DNA of 64,000 nucleotides from Ignavibacteriota bacterium. Lineage in GTDB: Bacteria > Bacteroidota > Ignavibacteria > Kapaibacteriales > UBA2268. The DNA is taken from NCBI GenBank assembly GCA_016219595.1, contig JACRLY010000062.1, forward strand, positions 71,639-135,638. Direction: 5' to 3'. Each line of letters opens with the position of its first letter. The stretch's first letter is position 1. Shown in pieces: positions 38,634 through 48,634 of this stretch. The notes beneath the pieces are model-generated. The model saw only the letters and a list, made by a program, of their open reading frames with translations, made no database searches and was not told the origin of the DNA. Made by a program: the position numbers and the translations under genes.

Positions 38634-39107
38634 TTAACTCTTTTTCGTAACCACAAGGTCTTTCAGCGATGGTATGTATGGTCTCGGTTTTTCCCAGTTC
38701 AAATCGCCTTTTGCCCAAACATACGCCAGTCCCGCAAGTAAAATCACTACGAACACAACCATCTCAATAAATGCAAACCACAAAACCGTATCACCGATTC
38801 TGCTCATATCCCTGAATACGACTGCCCAGGGGAACAGGAAAACCACTTCCACATCAAACAACAAAAACACAAGAGCAATTACATAGAACCTGATATTGAA
38901 CTTAATCCACGGATTGCCAATCGGCTCTTCGCCGCATTCGTAAGTTGATTGTTTAACGGGATTGGGATGGTGGGGTCTTATGATTGCCGCTGTGATTAAG
39001 CCGGCGGCTACGAAAACAACACCCAGTATAAAAAATAGTAATATTATTCCAAATTCACTTAACATAAACACCTTCTTATCAATCATCAAAGTCGGTAAAT
39101 AAAACAT
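38634..39107 (-). CDS. nuoA: NADH-quinone oxidoreductase subunit A
   Basis: NuoA-like (…YECGEEPIGNPWIKFNIRFYVIALVFLLFDVEVVFLFPWAVVF). The true start is probably an internal Met (MLSEFG…) downstream of 39107. Confidence 0.85.
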   Translation of the reverse strand: MFYLPTLMIDKKVFMLSEFGIILLFFILGVVFVAAGLITAAIIRPHHPNPVKQSTYECGEEPIGNPWIKFNIRFYVIALVFLLFDVEVVFLFPWAVVFRDMSRIGDTVLWFAFIEMVVFVVILLAGLAYVWAKGDLNWEKPRPYIPSLKDLVVTKKS

Positions 39108-39502
39108 GACAATAGCAATAAATTGTCATTAATAAACTACTAAATTAAAAAATCGTTCCAAGAAAAATAAATTATTTTGTATTAGGTTTATTTCGTTGAG
39201 AGTTATGAAAGCAGAATTTTGCTAAAAAATTGATACATAGAGATTTAGCTATACCTAAAAAAATAACATTGCAGGATTTTTTTCTCCCCATTCCCTTAAA
39301 CCCTGTGTTGCTCTGTGAATAACTCTGTGCTACATAGAAAACTGATTGTTCTGATAAAACAGCTTAGCTCAGTTCCTTGAAAATCAGTTGCATCTGTGTT
39401 ATCATGTGTCCTATTATTAAATTTGATAACCACCATTCAAAATTCAAAATTTTATTTAATAACAACCATCTTCCCATTTATTGCCTGCCCATCTAATTGC
39501 AA

Positions 39503-40606
39503 TCAGCAAACAACCACCTGCTCCATTCTTCCTAATTGCCTCATCATTTTACCATGATTCCATATCGCATGTAAAAAGTTCTTTTGAGTATTATAACGGA
39601 TATTAAATTCTCTTGCAGTTTCAGATGATATTTCCGATAATTTCCTGTAATGCACATGACAGATACCCGAAAAGAGATGGTGTTCCACCTGGTGGTCCAA
39701 ACCACCTATCAACCATGAAAATACCCTGCTTTTAGGACCATAATTCGTAGTGGTTCCCATTTGATGGACAAACCAATTATTATCAATATGTTTTTCTGTA
39801 TTGGGCATAGGAAATTCTGTAGTAGGCATAATATGAGCCGTTTGGAAAATCGTACTGAGAGTTAATCCTGAGGTCAAATGCATTGCAATAAATCCGGCAA
39901 TAACCAGCCATGGAGAAACAGGAATCAAAACTATCGGCAGTACAAGTATATAACCATAATATACTAATTTCCATAAAATTATCTGAAAAATGTCTTTCAC
40001 AAGTTGATTTTTACTATTAATCAGCCCCATTTTCCTGAATTTTATTACCTGGATAAAATTTCTTGAAGTCACCCAGTTTAATGTTGTTATACAATATATA
40101 AACCAAACATAGATGTGTTGAAAACGATGGAACCAGTATCTCTTCTGATAAGGCGAAAAACGCAGGATAAATGGAGGGAGGATATCCTCATCTGAACCAT
40201 CAATATTAGTAAATATATGATGAAGGACATTGTGCTGGATTTTCCATACAGAAGAATTAGCACCAATCAGGTTCATAGTATAGCTCAGGTACTTATTGAT
40301 TTTCCCGATTCTTGAATAAGCTCCGTGGTTGGCATCGTGCATGACTCCCATTCCTATGCCGCTTTTACCGAAACCCATAATAATCCACATAGGAATAATA
40401 AACCATGGATTAGTGATGAATCCTGTTAACATAAGCAAAAAAGGAGTGAGATATAATGAGAACATAAAAATTGTTTTAATTATCATATTCGCATTGCAAT
40501 ACATACCTTTATTATTCGATTTGAAATATTCATTCACTCTGCTTCTGAGTGTGCGGATAAAATCGGTATCCTTGTTATTTGAGAATTTATATTTATAGGT
40601 TTCCAT
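39503..40606 (-). CDS. Membrane fatty-acid desaturase family protein
   Basis: 367 aa with three histidine boxes (HDANHGA; HNVLHH; HQVEHHLF) and multiple TM segments. Confidence 0.75.
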   Translation of the reverse strand: METYKYKFSNNKDTDFIRTLRSRVNEYFKSNNKGMYCNANMIIKTIFMFSLYLTPFLLMLTGFITNPWFIIPMWIIMGFGKSGIGMGVMHDANHGAYSRIGKINKYLSYTMNLIGANSSVWKIQHNVLHHIFTNIDGSDEDILPPFILRFSPYQKRYWFHRFQHIYVWFIYCITTLNWVTSRNFIQVIKFRKMGLINSKNQLVKDIFQIILWKLVYYGYILVLPIVLIPVSPWLVIAGFIAMHLTSGLTLSTIFQTAHIMPTTEFPMPNTEKHIDNNWFVHQMGTTTNYGPKSRVFSWLIGGLDHQVEHHLFSGICHVHYRKLSEISSETAREFNIRYNTQKNFLHAIWNHGKMMRQLGRMEQVVVC

Positions 40607-40812
40607 TATAATTCACAATGTTGGTAAAAAAAATAATTACGAATAATAGAAACCCAAATTTGAAAACTCTTAATTTACAAATGAATTGTTTCTGTCATTT
40701 GTAAAGATTTGGACGTTTATTAAAGAAAAGTATTTATATGTATTGACTGCCAATACAATTCATGGCTGGTTTCTTTAGCAGATTACCTGATAAAATGTTT
40801 ATTAACTATTTC

Positions 40813-42843
40813 TCACTTATTAATAATCATTTTCTTAATTTCAACCGATTCATTAGTGGTTATGCGACTTAAGTAAACTCCGCTTGGTGCTTCGGTTCCC
40901 GCATCAGTCCTGCCATCCCAGGTTGCTGTATGTTTTCCAGCCTCAATCACACCCGAAAACAAATCCCTCACCAATTGTCCTTGTGTATCGTATATTTTAA
41001 TTGTAATATTCCCTGTTTTCGGCAAAGTATATTCAATGTTTGTTGTGTACTGAAACGGATTTGGATAATTCTGAGTTATTATTTTTTCTTTTAGAGGTTG
41101 TTGTGGTTCATCCTCAACATCAAGTATCACACCCCCTTCACGAAAGACAACAAGACCACCACCCAAGGTCCCTATCCATTTATTATCGCTTTCGTCTATA
41201 GCTATTGACCAAATCCAGTTAGAAAGCAAGCCGGAATTTTTTGTGTTGAAAGTAGTCCAATTAACATCATCAAATTTAGCCAATCCGCCAGAAGTCCCAA
41301 TCCATTTATTGCCTTTACTGTCTATTGTTATTGACTCAACAAGTCCAACAGGTAATCCTGAATTAAGTTTATTGTAAGTAGTCCAGTTAGTTCCGTCGAA
41401 TTTAGCAATACCACTTTCCCAAGTCCCTATCCATATATTACTACTATCATCTATTGCTATTGTCAAGACATCATTACCTGGCAAACCTGAATTTAATTTG
41501 TTGTAAGTAGTCCAGTTAGTCCCATCAAATTTTGTTAATCCACCTCCAGTTCCAATCCACTTATTGCCAGCTCTGTCTATTGTTATTGACCATACATCGT
41601 CAAAGGGTAAGTCGGAATTTGATCTGTTGTAAGTAGTCCAGTTAGTCCCATTAAATTTTGTTAATCCACCTCTAGTCCCAATCCATTTATTGCCGGAAAG
41701 GTCTATTGCCATTGACAAAACAAGGCTATCCGGTAAGCCGGAATTTGATTTGTTGTAAGTAGTCCAGTTTGTCTCGTCAAATTTTGCTAATCCATCTCCA
41801 GTCCCAATCCACATAAACCCGGTTTCTTCAATTACAATTGACCGGATACTGTTATTTGGTAAACCGGAGTTTGATTTGTTGTAAGTAGTCCAGCTAATCC
41901 CGTCAAATTTTGCCAAACCGCCAAAAGTCCCAATCCACTTTTTCCCGGATTCGTCTATTGCTATTGGCTGGACATTGTTATTAGGCAAACCGGAATTTGA
42001 TATGCTGTTAGTAGTCCAGTTAGTCCCGTCAAATTTTGCTAAGTCGCCTGAAGTCCCAATCCACATATTACCAGTTTCGTCTATTACTATTGACTGGACA
42101 ATGTTATTAGATAAGCCCGAATTTGATTTGTTGTAAGTAGTCCAGTTAGTCCCGTCAAATTTTGCTAAGCCGCTAGAAGTCCCAATCCATGTATTGCCTT
42201 TTAGGTCTGTTGTTATTGACCAAATATAGTTACCAAGCAAGCCTGAATTTGTAGTATTGTAAATAGTCCAGTTAGTCCCATCAAATTTTGCTAATCCACC
42301 TCCATAAGTCCCAATCCACGTATTGTCTGTTCCACCTATTGCTATTGAGCGGACATCGTTATCAGGCAAGCTCGAATTTGATTTGTTGTAAGTAGTCCAG
42401 TTAGTCTCGTCAAATTTTGCTAATCCATCTCCCCAAGTCCCAATCCATGTATTGTTAGTTCCATCTATTGCTATTGATCGTACATAGTTACCAGGCAAGC
42501 CCGAATTTGATTTGTTATAAGTTGTCCAGTTAGTCCCGTCAAATTTTGCAATACCACTGTCCCAAGTCCCAATCCACTTATTACCGCTTCCATCTATTGC
42601 TATTGTATGGACATTGTTATCAGGCAAGTCTGAATTTGAACTATTATAGTAAATTTTAGTTCCTGATATTTTATCTAGTTTTACAATAAACACAGTAGTT
42701 CCAACCCAGATGTAATCACCTTCTTCAGCTAAGGCTGTTATATTATCTCCATCAGTATAATTCACCCACTCTGGATTTTGCGATTTGACATTCGATATGA
42801 TTACAAAAAAAGCAAGAAATGCACTCAACAACACATGCTTCAT
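40813..42843 (-). CDS. Two-component-regulator-propeller-type repeat protein with a T9SS C-terminal sorting domain
   Basis: 676 aa. It has about 16 tandem ~25-aa units (NKWIGT.GGLAKFDGTNWTTYNKSNSGLP.N.V.SIAID). The C-terminal ~80 aa match the T9SS sorting pattern (…GVYLSRITTNESVEIKKMIINK). Confidence 0.7.
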   Translation of the reverse strand: MKHVLLSAFLAFFVIISNVKSQNPEWVNYTDGDNITALAEEGDYIWVGTTVFIVKLDKISGTKIYYNSSNSDLPDNNVHTIAIDGSGNKWIGTWDSGIAKFDGTNWTTYNKSNSGLPGNYVRSIAIDGTNNTWIGTWGDGLAKFDETNWTTYNKSNSSLPDNDVRSIAIGGTDNTWIGTYGGGLAKFDGTNWTIYNTTNSGLLGNYIWSITTDLKGNTWIGTSSGLAKFDGTNWTTYNKSNSGLSNNIVQSIVIDETGNMWIGTSGDLAKFDGTNWTTNSISNSGLPNNNVQPIAIDESGKKWIGTFGGLAKFDGISWTTYNKSNSGLPNNSIRSIVIEETGFMWIGTGDGLAKFDETNWTTYNKSNSGLPDSLVLSMAIDLSGNKWIGTRGGLTKFNGTNWTTYNRSNSDLPFDDVWSITIDRAGNKWIGTGGGLTKFDGTNWTTYNKLNSGLPGNDVLTIAIDDSSNIWIGTWESGIAKFDGTNWTTYNKLNSGLPVGLVESITIDSKGNKWIGTSGGLAKFDDVNWTTFNTKNSGLLSNWIWSIAIDESDNKWIGTLGGGLVVFREGGVILDVEDEPQQPLKEKIITQNYPNPFQYTTNIEYTLPKTGNITIKIYDTQGQLVRDLFSGVIEAGKHTATWDGRTDAGTEAPSGVYLSRITTNESVEIKKMIINK

Positions 42844-43194
42844 AGCTTCACCCTTTGAATGACAATAAATTTTTCGTAATAATTTATATTATTTAATTTC
42901 TTGCAACTTTATATAATATAATGACACATAAGATAGGAAAAAGTCTCAGAAATAATTAACAATTAGACTGTAGACTGTAAATTTTTTTAGTAATCTGTGA
43001 AATCCATTAATCCGTTTAATCTGTGGTTCAGAATTTTTTGACACATCATAATCGAAAAGGCCTCAGAAATAATTAACAATTCACAATTCATAATTAATAA
43101 TTTCAAAAATTTTTAACCGAAATTATTCATTGTTCATTATTCACTATTCATTATAAAAAATTACAAATGAAAAAGTAAATTGTATTGTGAATAT

Positions 43195-43572
43195 TTATAC
43201 TCCCACCAGTTCCTTCACTTTAGCTATCAGTAAATCCCTGTCAATCGGTTTTTCGAAATATGCAAGTGGTGGTTTCACTTGTTTGCGTGTTGAAATGAAT
43301 TTCTTGAATTCAGATGTGATCCCTGTTATTATTATTACAGGTATATTTTCAGTTAATGAGTCTTCCTGCAATTCCTTGAATGCTCTTACTCCCGATTCTT
43401 CGGGCATAGTAATGTCCAATGTAATCAGGTCAGGTTTTTCATTCCTGGCTTTGTCGAAACATTCTTTGCCATTGTTGGCAGTCATTACATCAAATCCGTT
43501 ATCTGAAAATAATGTGGTTAAATATGTCAGTACATCAGGTTCATCATCAACAACTAAAATTTTTTTTGCCAT
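43195..43572 (-). CDS. Response regulator receiver (CheY-like, stand-alone)
   Basis: 125 aa. ILVVDDEPDV…PDLITLDITMPEESG has the phospho-acceptor Asp and a conserved Lys. There is no output domain. Confidence 0.85.
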   Translation of the reverse strand: MAKKILVVDDEPDVLTYLTTLFSDNGFDVMTANNGKECFDKARNEKPDLITLDITMPEESGVRAFKELQEDSLTENIPVIIITGITSEFKKFISTRKQVKPPLAYFEKPIDRDLLIAKVKELVGV

Positions 43573-43595
43573 TGTTTGTTCTCCGATAATTATTT

Positions 43596-45413
43596 TTATT
43601 TTGATTCACTTTTAGATACAGCCGGAATGATTATTCTGAACACGGAACCTTTGCCTTCATTGCTGTCAAATTCAATTCTACCACTATGTTCACTGACAAT
43701 TTTCCTGATTGTCAGCAAGCCCAATCCAGGACCTTGTCCTCCCTTTGTCGTAAAAAAAGTTGAGAATAATTTAGCTTTCACTTCTTTATTCATACCAATA
43801 CCATTATCCGATATTTCGAAAGTGATTTCTTTTTCATCTCCCTTAACCCTTACATTCACTTTCCCGTCATTTCTGCCGCTTAACATAACAGCATCGATAG
43901 CATTCGAAATAAGATTACTTAAACAAATTTCTATCCCATCAGGGTCAAGCATGATTTTATTAATATAAGGCAATGTATCAAAAACAATCCTGATACCGTA
44001 TTTGTCTGCAATCGGTTTTTGATATTCGCAAATCTTTTCCGTTAATTCCACGGGATTTACGGGTTTCAACTCTATTTTTTTTCCTTTTGTGTAATCAACA
44101 AAACTTTTAACAAGGTTAGTAGTCCTTTTCAGATTTTTATTCAACACCCCCCAGCCCTGGTTAAGCCTTTTTGAATCGTTATTTTTTATTCCCGAATCGA
44201 GGAGGTACATTCCTCCTTCAAGGCTCATCAGTAGATTTTTGACCGAATGAGAAATTCCTGCTAATGTTTCTGAAATCACATCATCCCTTTTGGATTCAAA
44301 CATTATTTCTTCGGTTTTCTTCTGGTTTCTCAGGTCGGTAATAAATGCAATTTTATTTGTTTTCTTATCCTTATATTTTATTTCAAAAGCTTTAAACCTG
44401 ACTAAGATTTCTTCTCCACTGTGATTCCGTATAGTTGTCGATGGCAAATCGGAAATCATTCCATCTTCTTTTGCCTGTATAAAAAACTCTTCAGGAAACA
44501 TATTTTTCAAAGTATTATAATTCGGTTTTTTCTTTCCTTTCCAATTAAGAAGTAATTGTGCGGGTTTGTTCATAAATATAACTTTATTCTTTTGGTCAAG
44601 GATTAAAACTCCATCAGAAGTATGCTGCAAAAGTGAATGGAAGAATTCCTGGTCGCGTTCCAATTGAGTTTCCAGCTCATAAATCTCAGTTATATCAATC
44701 GCCATTTGCAACACAAGTGAAATACCGTCTTTCGACCTTGTCAGAGGCGTAGTTGTTACGACATAATGTGTTTCTTCCCCGTCCAGGGACAAACCGACTT
44801 CGGCTGACGAGTGTTCCATTCCATCTTCAAATGTTTCTAATGCATTACATATATTACATGGTGCTTTCTTTTTCTTATATACTTCATAGCAATGCTTTCC
44901 TTCTATACTTCCGAAAGTATCCCGGAACTTCTGATTAGCCCTTACAATTCTAAAATCGCGGTCTATCACCGTAATGTAGCAGGCAGCCTTCTCGAAAAGC
45001 AGGCTGTACTCTTTTTGCATCAGCTCTGAATATATTATGTCGGTTGACATCATGAGCTGGTATGGAATATTTCCTTTTTTATCGCGTATGGGAGAATAAT
45101 GATTTACATATTGACAGCTTCTGCCGTGCTTGTCGTAACCTGTTTCATTAGATACCAGTATTTTCCCTGAAACAAAGGATTCGTCGGATTGGCAATTGCG
45201 GCATTTTTCATCAGTTTTTTTATAAACCTGGTAGCAGTACTTTCCTTCCCAATTACCGAAATAGTTTTTAAAACTTTCATTAGCAAAAACTATCTGATGA
45301 TTTTTGTCAATTACAGCAACGTTGAAAGGGACATTCTCTATAAAGTCCGTAGAAAGAATTCCCGATAATTCTTCAGGAGTAATATTGACAGTTTTATCTG
45401 CCATAAAAAGCAA
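43596..45413 (-). CDS. PAS-domain sensor histidine kinase
   Basis: 605 aa. It has repeated PAS-like segments with Cys-rich stretches, an H-box-like segment (...ISETLAGISHSVKNLL) and HATPase_c motifs (NLISNAIDA…ISDNGIGM…GGQGPGLGLLTIRKIV). Confidence 0.8.
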   Translation of the reverse strand: MLFMADKTVNITPEELSGILSTDFIENVPFNVAVIDKNHQIVFANESFKNYFGNWEGKYCYQVYKKTDEKCRNCQSDESFVSGKILVSNETGYDKHGRSCQYVNHYSPIRDKKGNIPYQLMMSTDIIYSELMQKEYSLLFEKAACYITVIDRDFRIVRANQKFRDTFGSIEGKHCYEVYKKKKAPCNICNALETFEDGMEHSSAEVGLSLDGEETHYVVTTTPLTRSKDGISLVLQMAIDITEIYELETQLERDQEFFHSLLQHTSDGVLILDQKNKVIFMNKPAQLLLNWKGKKKPNYNTLKNMFPEEFFIQAKEDGMISDLPSTTIRNHSGEEILVRFKAFEIKYKDKKTNKIAFITDLRNQKKTEEIMFESKRDDVISETLAGISHSVKNLLMSLEGGMYLLDSGIKNNDSKRLNQGWGVLNKNLKRTTNLVKSFVDYTKGKKIELKPVNPVELTEKICEYQKPIADKYGIRIVFDTLPYINKIMLDPDGIEICLSNLISNAIDAVMLSGRNDGKVNVRVKGDEKEITFEISDNGIGMNKEVKAKLFSTFFTTKGGQGPGLGLLTIRKIVSEHSGRIEFDSNEGKGSVFRIIIPAVSKSESK

Positions 45414-45481
45414 TTAAATAATATTCACAATTAAATTAATATATTTAAATATTAAAATATAACTTCAAAGTTATACTTTAT

Positions 45482-47083
45482 TTACATCATTTCAAAATCA
45501 ATAAATCCTTCTTTCACATCAACCATCGCATTTACAATCAACTCAACCAAACCGGAATAATAAAGTCCTGATTTGGCTTTAGCTCCATAAAAATCAAATA
45601 AATCGCGGAAGGCTCCTTTGCAATTTGAGCATGGAGCACACACATATTTTGGTGTTTCAGGACCGGGATTTTCATCTGAAAATGCGTTTAATACCTGCTC
45701 AAATTTCATACGGCTTGCCACCTGAATTCTCCAGTCGCTGAAATTATATCTGCTCATGACTGCAAATCCGCTTCCTCCGCCACAGCAGTAGTTTCTGTTG
45801 CCATGAGGCTCCATTTCGCGGAATTTCGGTGCAAGGTACCTTAACACTTTTCTTTGTGGTTCTATTACACCCATAGACCTTGCGAGGTTGCATGGGTCAT
45901 GCAATGTAACTGGGAACCAGTTTCTTTCGGGCTCAAATTTTAATTTTCCGCTGAATACAATATCGTTCATTATTGTCATAGCAGTTTCCCTTGGTACCGC
46001 TCCTGCAAATATACGGTCTGCAATCACACCCATTGCCTTGCTTTCATGACCACATTCACCCATTACGATTTTCTTTACTTTAAGTTTTTTGGCAATATCG
46101 AGATGCTTCATTGCAATTCTTGCTAACTGGACATCATCATAAAACAATCCGTAGTTGACACCATCATATCCAACCAAATCACTTGACATCGTCCATTTAA
46201 TCCCGGCTGCATCCAGAATTAAGGCAAAGGCTCCGGGATTTTCGGGCCAGGATAATATTTCACCCGAATTATGTATCAATAATACATCAGCTCCTTCTAC
46301 ATCCCATTTAGTTTCAACTTTAATGCCGGTTCTTTCACTCATATCCTCATCAATAAATTCAATATTATCTTTCACTACAAGTGAATTCATACCTGTACTG
46401 GAACCGACTTCGAGCTGCTGAACAGTGCCTTTCTCATGAAGTTCCTTTGGCGATAATCCCATTTCCATGCTGAACATTTTTCTAAGTTCATGAGTTATTA
46501 ATCCATTGTCAACTCCGATAGGGCAGCTTTGGGCACATCGTCTGCACAGTGTGCATCTGTAACTGAGTTCAAATAGTCTTGCTATCAATTTCCAGTTCAG
46601 TTCGATTCCGCCATTCTGGAAAGTATTATATAATTTGCTACCTTTTTTTACATACTTAAAATATAGTTTTCTCAATATCTCAGCCCTGTAGGTAGGTCTG
46701 TATATTTCATTTTCTCCGCTTCCTATGAAAATCGGACAATCCTGGCTGCATGTCTGGCAGCGGGCGCAGTATTCCATCGAAAGAGTCAATGGCTGAAGAA
46801 ATGCCCAGTTATTTTCTTTGCTGAATAGTTTGTTTAAACCCGAAATAAAAGATTCAATCAGCCTTTTCTCTTCTTCTTCCGATTCAGGTTTTTTCAGTCC
46901 GACAGCCATCACACCATCGAGGGACGCTTCGAATTTTGCTCTTATTTCACGAGATAGAGTCTTGAATCCCGGCTGTTCTTCCAATTTATCATAAGGAGGA
47001 GGCAGAGGATATAATTCTTCTAATTTGATTTCCGCCAACTGCTCTACAGGTGAGCTAATATCTTTGATTTTAACATTTTTCAT
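45482..47083 (-). CDS. HdrD/DsrK/GlpC-family iron-sulfur protein (2x[4Fe-4S] plus two CCG domains)
   Basis: 533 aa with CARCQTCSQDCP and CTLCRRCAQSCP ferredoxin motifs. CCG-domain cysteines are present (…HDPCNLARSMG…NYCCGGGSGFA…CAPCSNCKGA). It overlaps the upstream membrane subunit gene by 4 nt. Confidence 0.75.
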   Translation of the reverse strand: MKNVKIKDISSPVEQLAEIKLEELYPLPPPYDKLEEQPGFKTLSREIRAKFEASLDGVMAVGLKKPESEEEEKRLIESFISGLNKLFSKENNWAFLQPLTLSMEYCARCQTCSQDCPIFIGSGENEIYRPTYRAEILRKLYFKYVKKGSKLYNTFQNGGIELNWKLIARLFELSYRCTLCRRCAQSCPIGVDNGLITHELRKMFSMEMGLSPKELHEKGTVQQLEVGSSTGMNSLVVKDNIEFIDEDMSERTGIKVETKWDVEGADVLLIHNSGEILSWPENPGAFALILDAAGIKWTMSSDLVGYDGVNYGLFYDDVQLARIAMKHLDIAKKLKVKKIVMGECGHESKAMGVIADRIFAGAVPRETAMTIMNDIVFSGKLKFEPERNWFPVTLHDPCNLARSMGVIEPQRKVLRYLAPKFREMEPHGNRNYCCGGGSGFAVMSRYNFSDWRIQVASRMKFEQVLNAFSDENPGPETPKYVCAPCSNCKGAFRDLFDFYGAKAKSGLYYSGLVELIVNAMVDVKEGFIDFEMM

Positions 47084-48048
47084 TTTTTCACCTCTTTCGA
47101 AGGTGCTGCACTTGCTATAGCAATCCAGTTCCTGTTGCCGTCGGCTCCAATATGAGGCGCAGCCCAGGTTACTTTTTGATTCAACTGTTCACCAACTCTT
47201 TCTGCTATCTTACTGCCTGGAGCGTTTGGAGTGTCCTCCCATCTCACACTGTGGTACGTAAAGTATTTAGCAAAGAAATGTGTCATGTGTGTGAAGGGCA
47301 GATAAATAATAAAAATTAACGAAATTATTACATGTGCGTACCCGATTTTTGGAATTTGAACAGGCAGATTAATTGCAATTTCTTTTGAGAAAGTTATCAA
47401 TCCGAGGTAGTATCCCATCAGATTTGTTACCATGCCGGAATCAGCAATTCTCCACAACAGTGCTGTGAGATAAATTGTGCCGATTAATATAATATTAAAG
47501 TAATGACTTGCTGTGCTGTAAAGTACAAGTTTTCTATTCACTATTCTTGTAAATAATAACCTTATTGCTCCCAATATTCCAAGTATAGATGCAATCCAGA
47601 TTATTGCATCTATTACAATTCTGAATATTGACCAGAATGTTGCCCAGTTGGAGCTTGCACCGAAAACAAATGGTGATATGCCCGTTATTTGAAATAAAGT
47701 ACCGACAATAAGCAATGCGATATTCCCAATAAATAAATACAAAGCAAAATGGAATGGAAATGAACCTAACCACAATTCTTTATTATGCTCCCAGACTCCT
47801 TTAAGCAATAAAATTTCGGGAACCATTACTTTTAATTCACCAAGATGGTCTTTTTCTCTTTTTTTAGTCCACCAGTCAACTTCCTCGAGGATGGAGCCGC
47901 CATAGCTTGCCCGTCCTTTTTCATGTGGAACGGGGTATAGTTCCCATCTCAGGTGAACGGGGGAAGAAGCAATTTTCACAAACTTGTATATCACAACTGC
48001 AAGGAAAATCAGGACAGATAAATACGTAAAAATGAATAGCAAATACAT
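47080..48048 (-). CDS. NarI/HdrE/DsrM-like membrane di-heme cytochrome b subunit (putative)
   Basis: 322 aa with five or six TM helices and conserved His in the helices (HFALY…, HVII…, THMTHF). It is co-operonic with the HdrD-like gene. Confidence 0.55.
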   Translation of the reverse strand: MYLLFIFTYLSVLIFLAVVIYKFVKIASSPVHLRWELYPVPHEKGRASYGGSILEEVDWWTKKREKDHLGELKVMVPEILLLKGVWEHNKELWLGSFPFHFALYLFIGNIALLIVGTLFQITGISPFVFGASSNWATFWSIFRIVIDAIIWIASILGILGAIRLLFTRIVNRKLVLYSTASHYFNIILIGTIYLTALLWRIADSGMVTNLMGYYLGLITFSKEIAINLPVQIPKIGYAHVIISLIFIIYLPFTHMTHFFAKYFTYHSVRWEDTPNAPGSKIAERVGEQLNQKVTWAAPHIGADGNRNWIAIASAAPSKEVKK

Positions 48049-48105
48049 TAATATCTCCGGTTCAAAATTATTATATCAGATATTTTCAATTAACAAGAAT
48101 CCAAT

Positions 48106-48230
48106 GAATAGCCACCACTTTTAAGTGTGGAAATGTTATTTACACAATATTGGATTTATCCACTTAAATCAATGACTAAAGCCATAATCAGATTAATAAC
48201 TTTCCCACTATCTAATGATAGCGGCTATTC
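48106..48230. repeat. MITE-like element, family B copy 2
   Basis: gaatagccaccacttttaagtgtgg … ccactatctaatgatagcggctattc. It is homologous to 30543-30674 and sits between the dsrC-like gene and the dsrM-like gene. Confidence 0.7.
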
Positions 48231-48260
48231 ACAATCAATGCAAAAGTTTTAATTCAATTA

Positions 48261-48578
48261 TTATACACAGCCTGTCGGCTTAGCCAATCCGGCTACTTTA
48301 CAGGCACCTTTTGCAGGACCTGAAGGGAACAACTCGTATATCCTTTTCAATGGATAACCTGTTTCCTTGCAAAGCTTGCGAATCATCGGAGCAATACCGT
48401 ATTGCTTGAAATAATCCCTCAAATAATTGATAACCTTCCAATGGTCTTCTGTAATATCCAATACGTCTTCGGTGCTGGCAAGTGCTTTCGCAACTTCTTC
48501 ATTCCAATCCTCGGGATTCTCTATGAATCCGTCTTCATCAACATTAATCTTTACTGTTCCATATTCAAAAATGGGCAT
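48261..48578 (-). CDS. DsrC/TusE-family protein with both C-terminal arm cysteines (DsrC-like)
   Basis: 105 aa ending …GPAKGACKVAGLAKPTGCV. This is the DsrC-type flexible arm, with a penultimate Cys and a second Cys 11 residues upstream. TusE proteins lack the upstream Cys. Confidence 0.7.
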   Translation of the reverse strand: MPIFEYGTVKINVDEDGFIENPEDWNEEVAKALASTEDVLDITEDHWKVINYLRDYFKQYGIAPMIRKLCKETGYPLKRIYELFPSGPAKGACKVAGLAKPTGCV

Positions 48579-48634
48579 CTGAACCTCCCAAGCTATTTTA
48601 TTATGTTAATACAAATATTTGATTATGCTTTTTT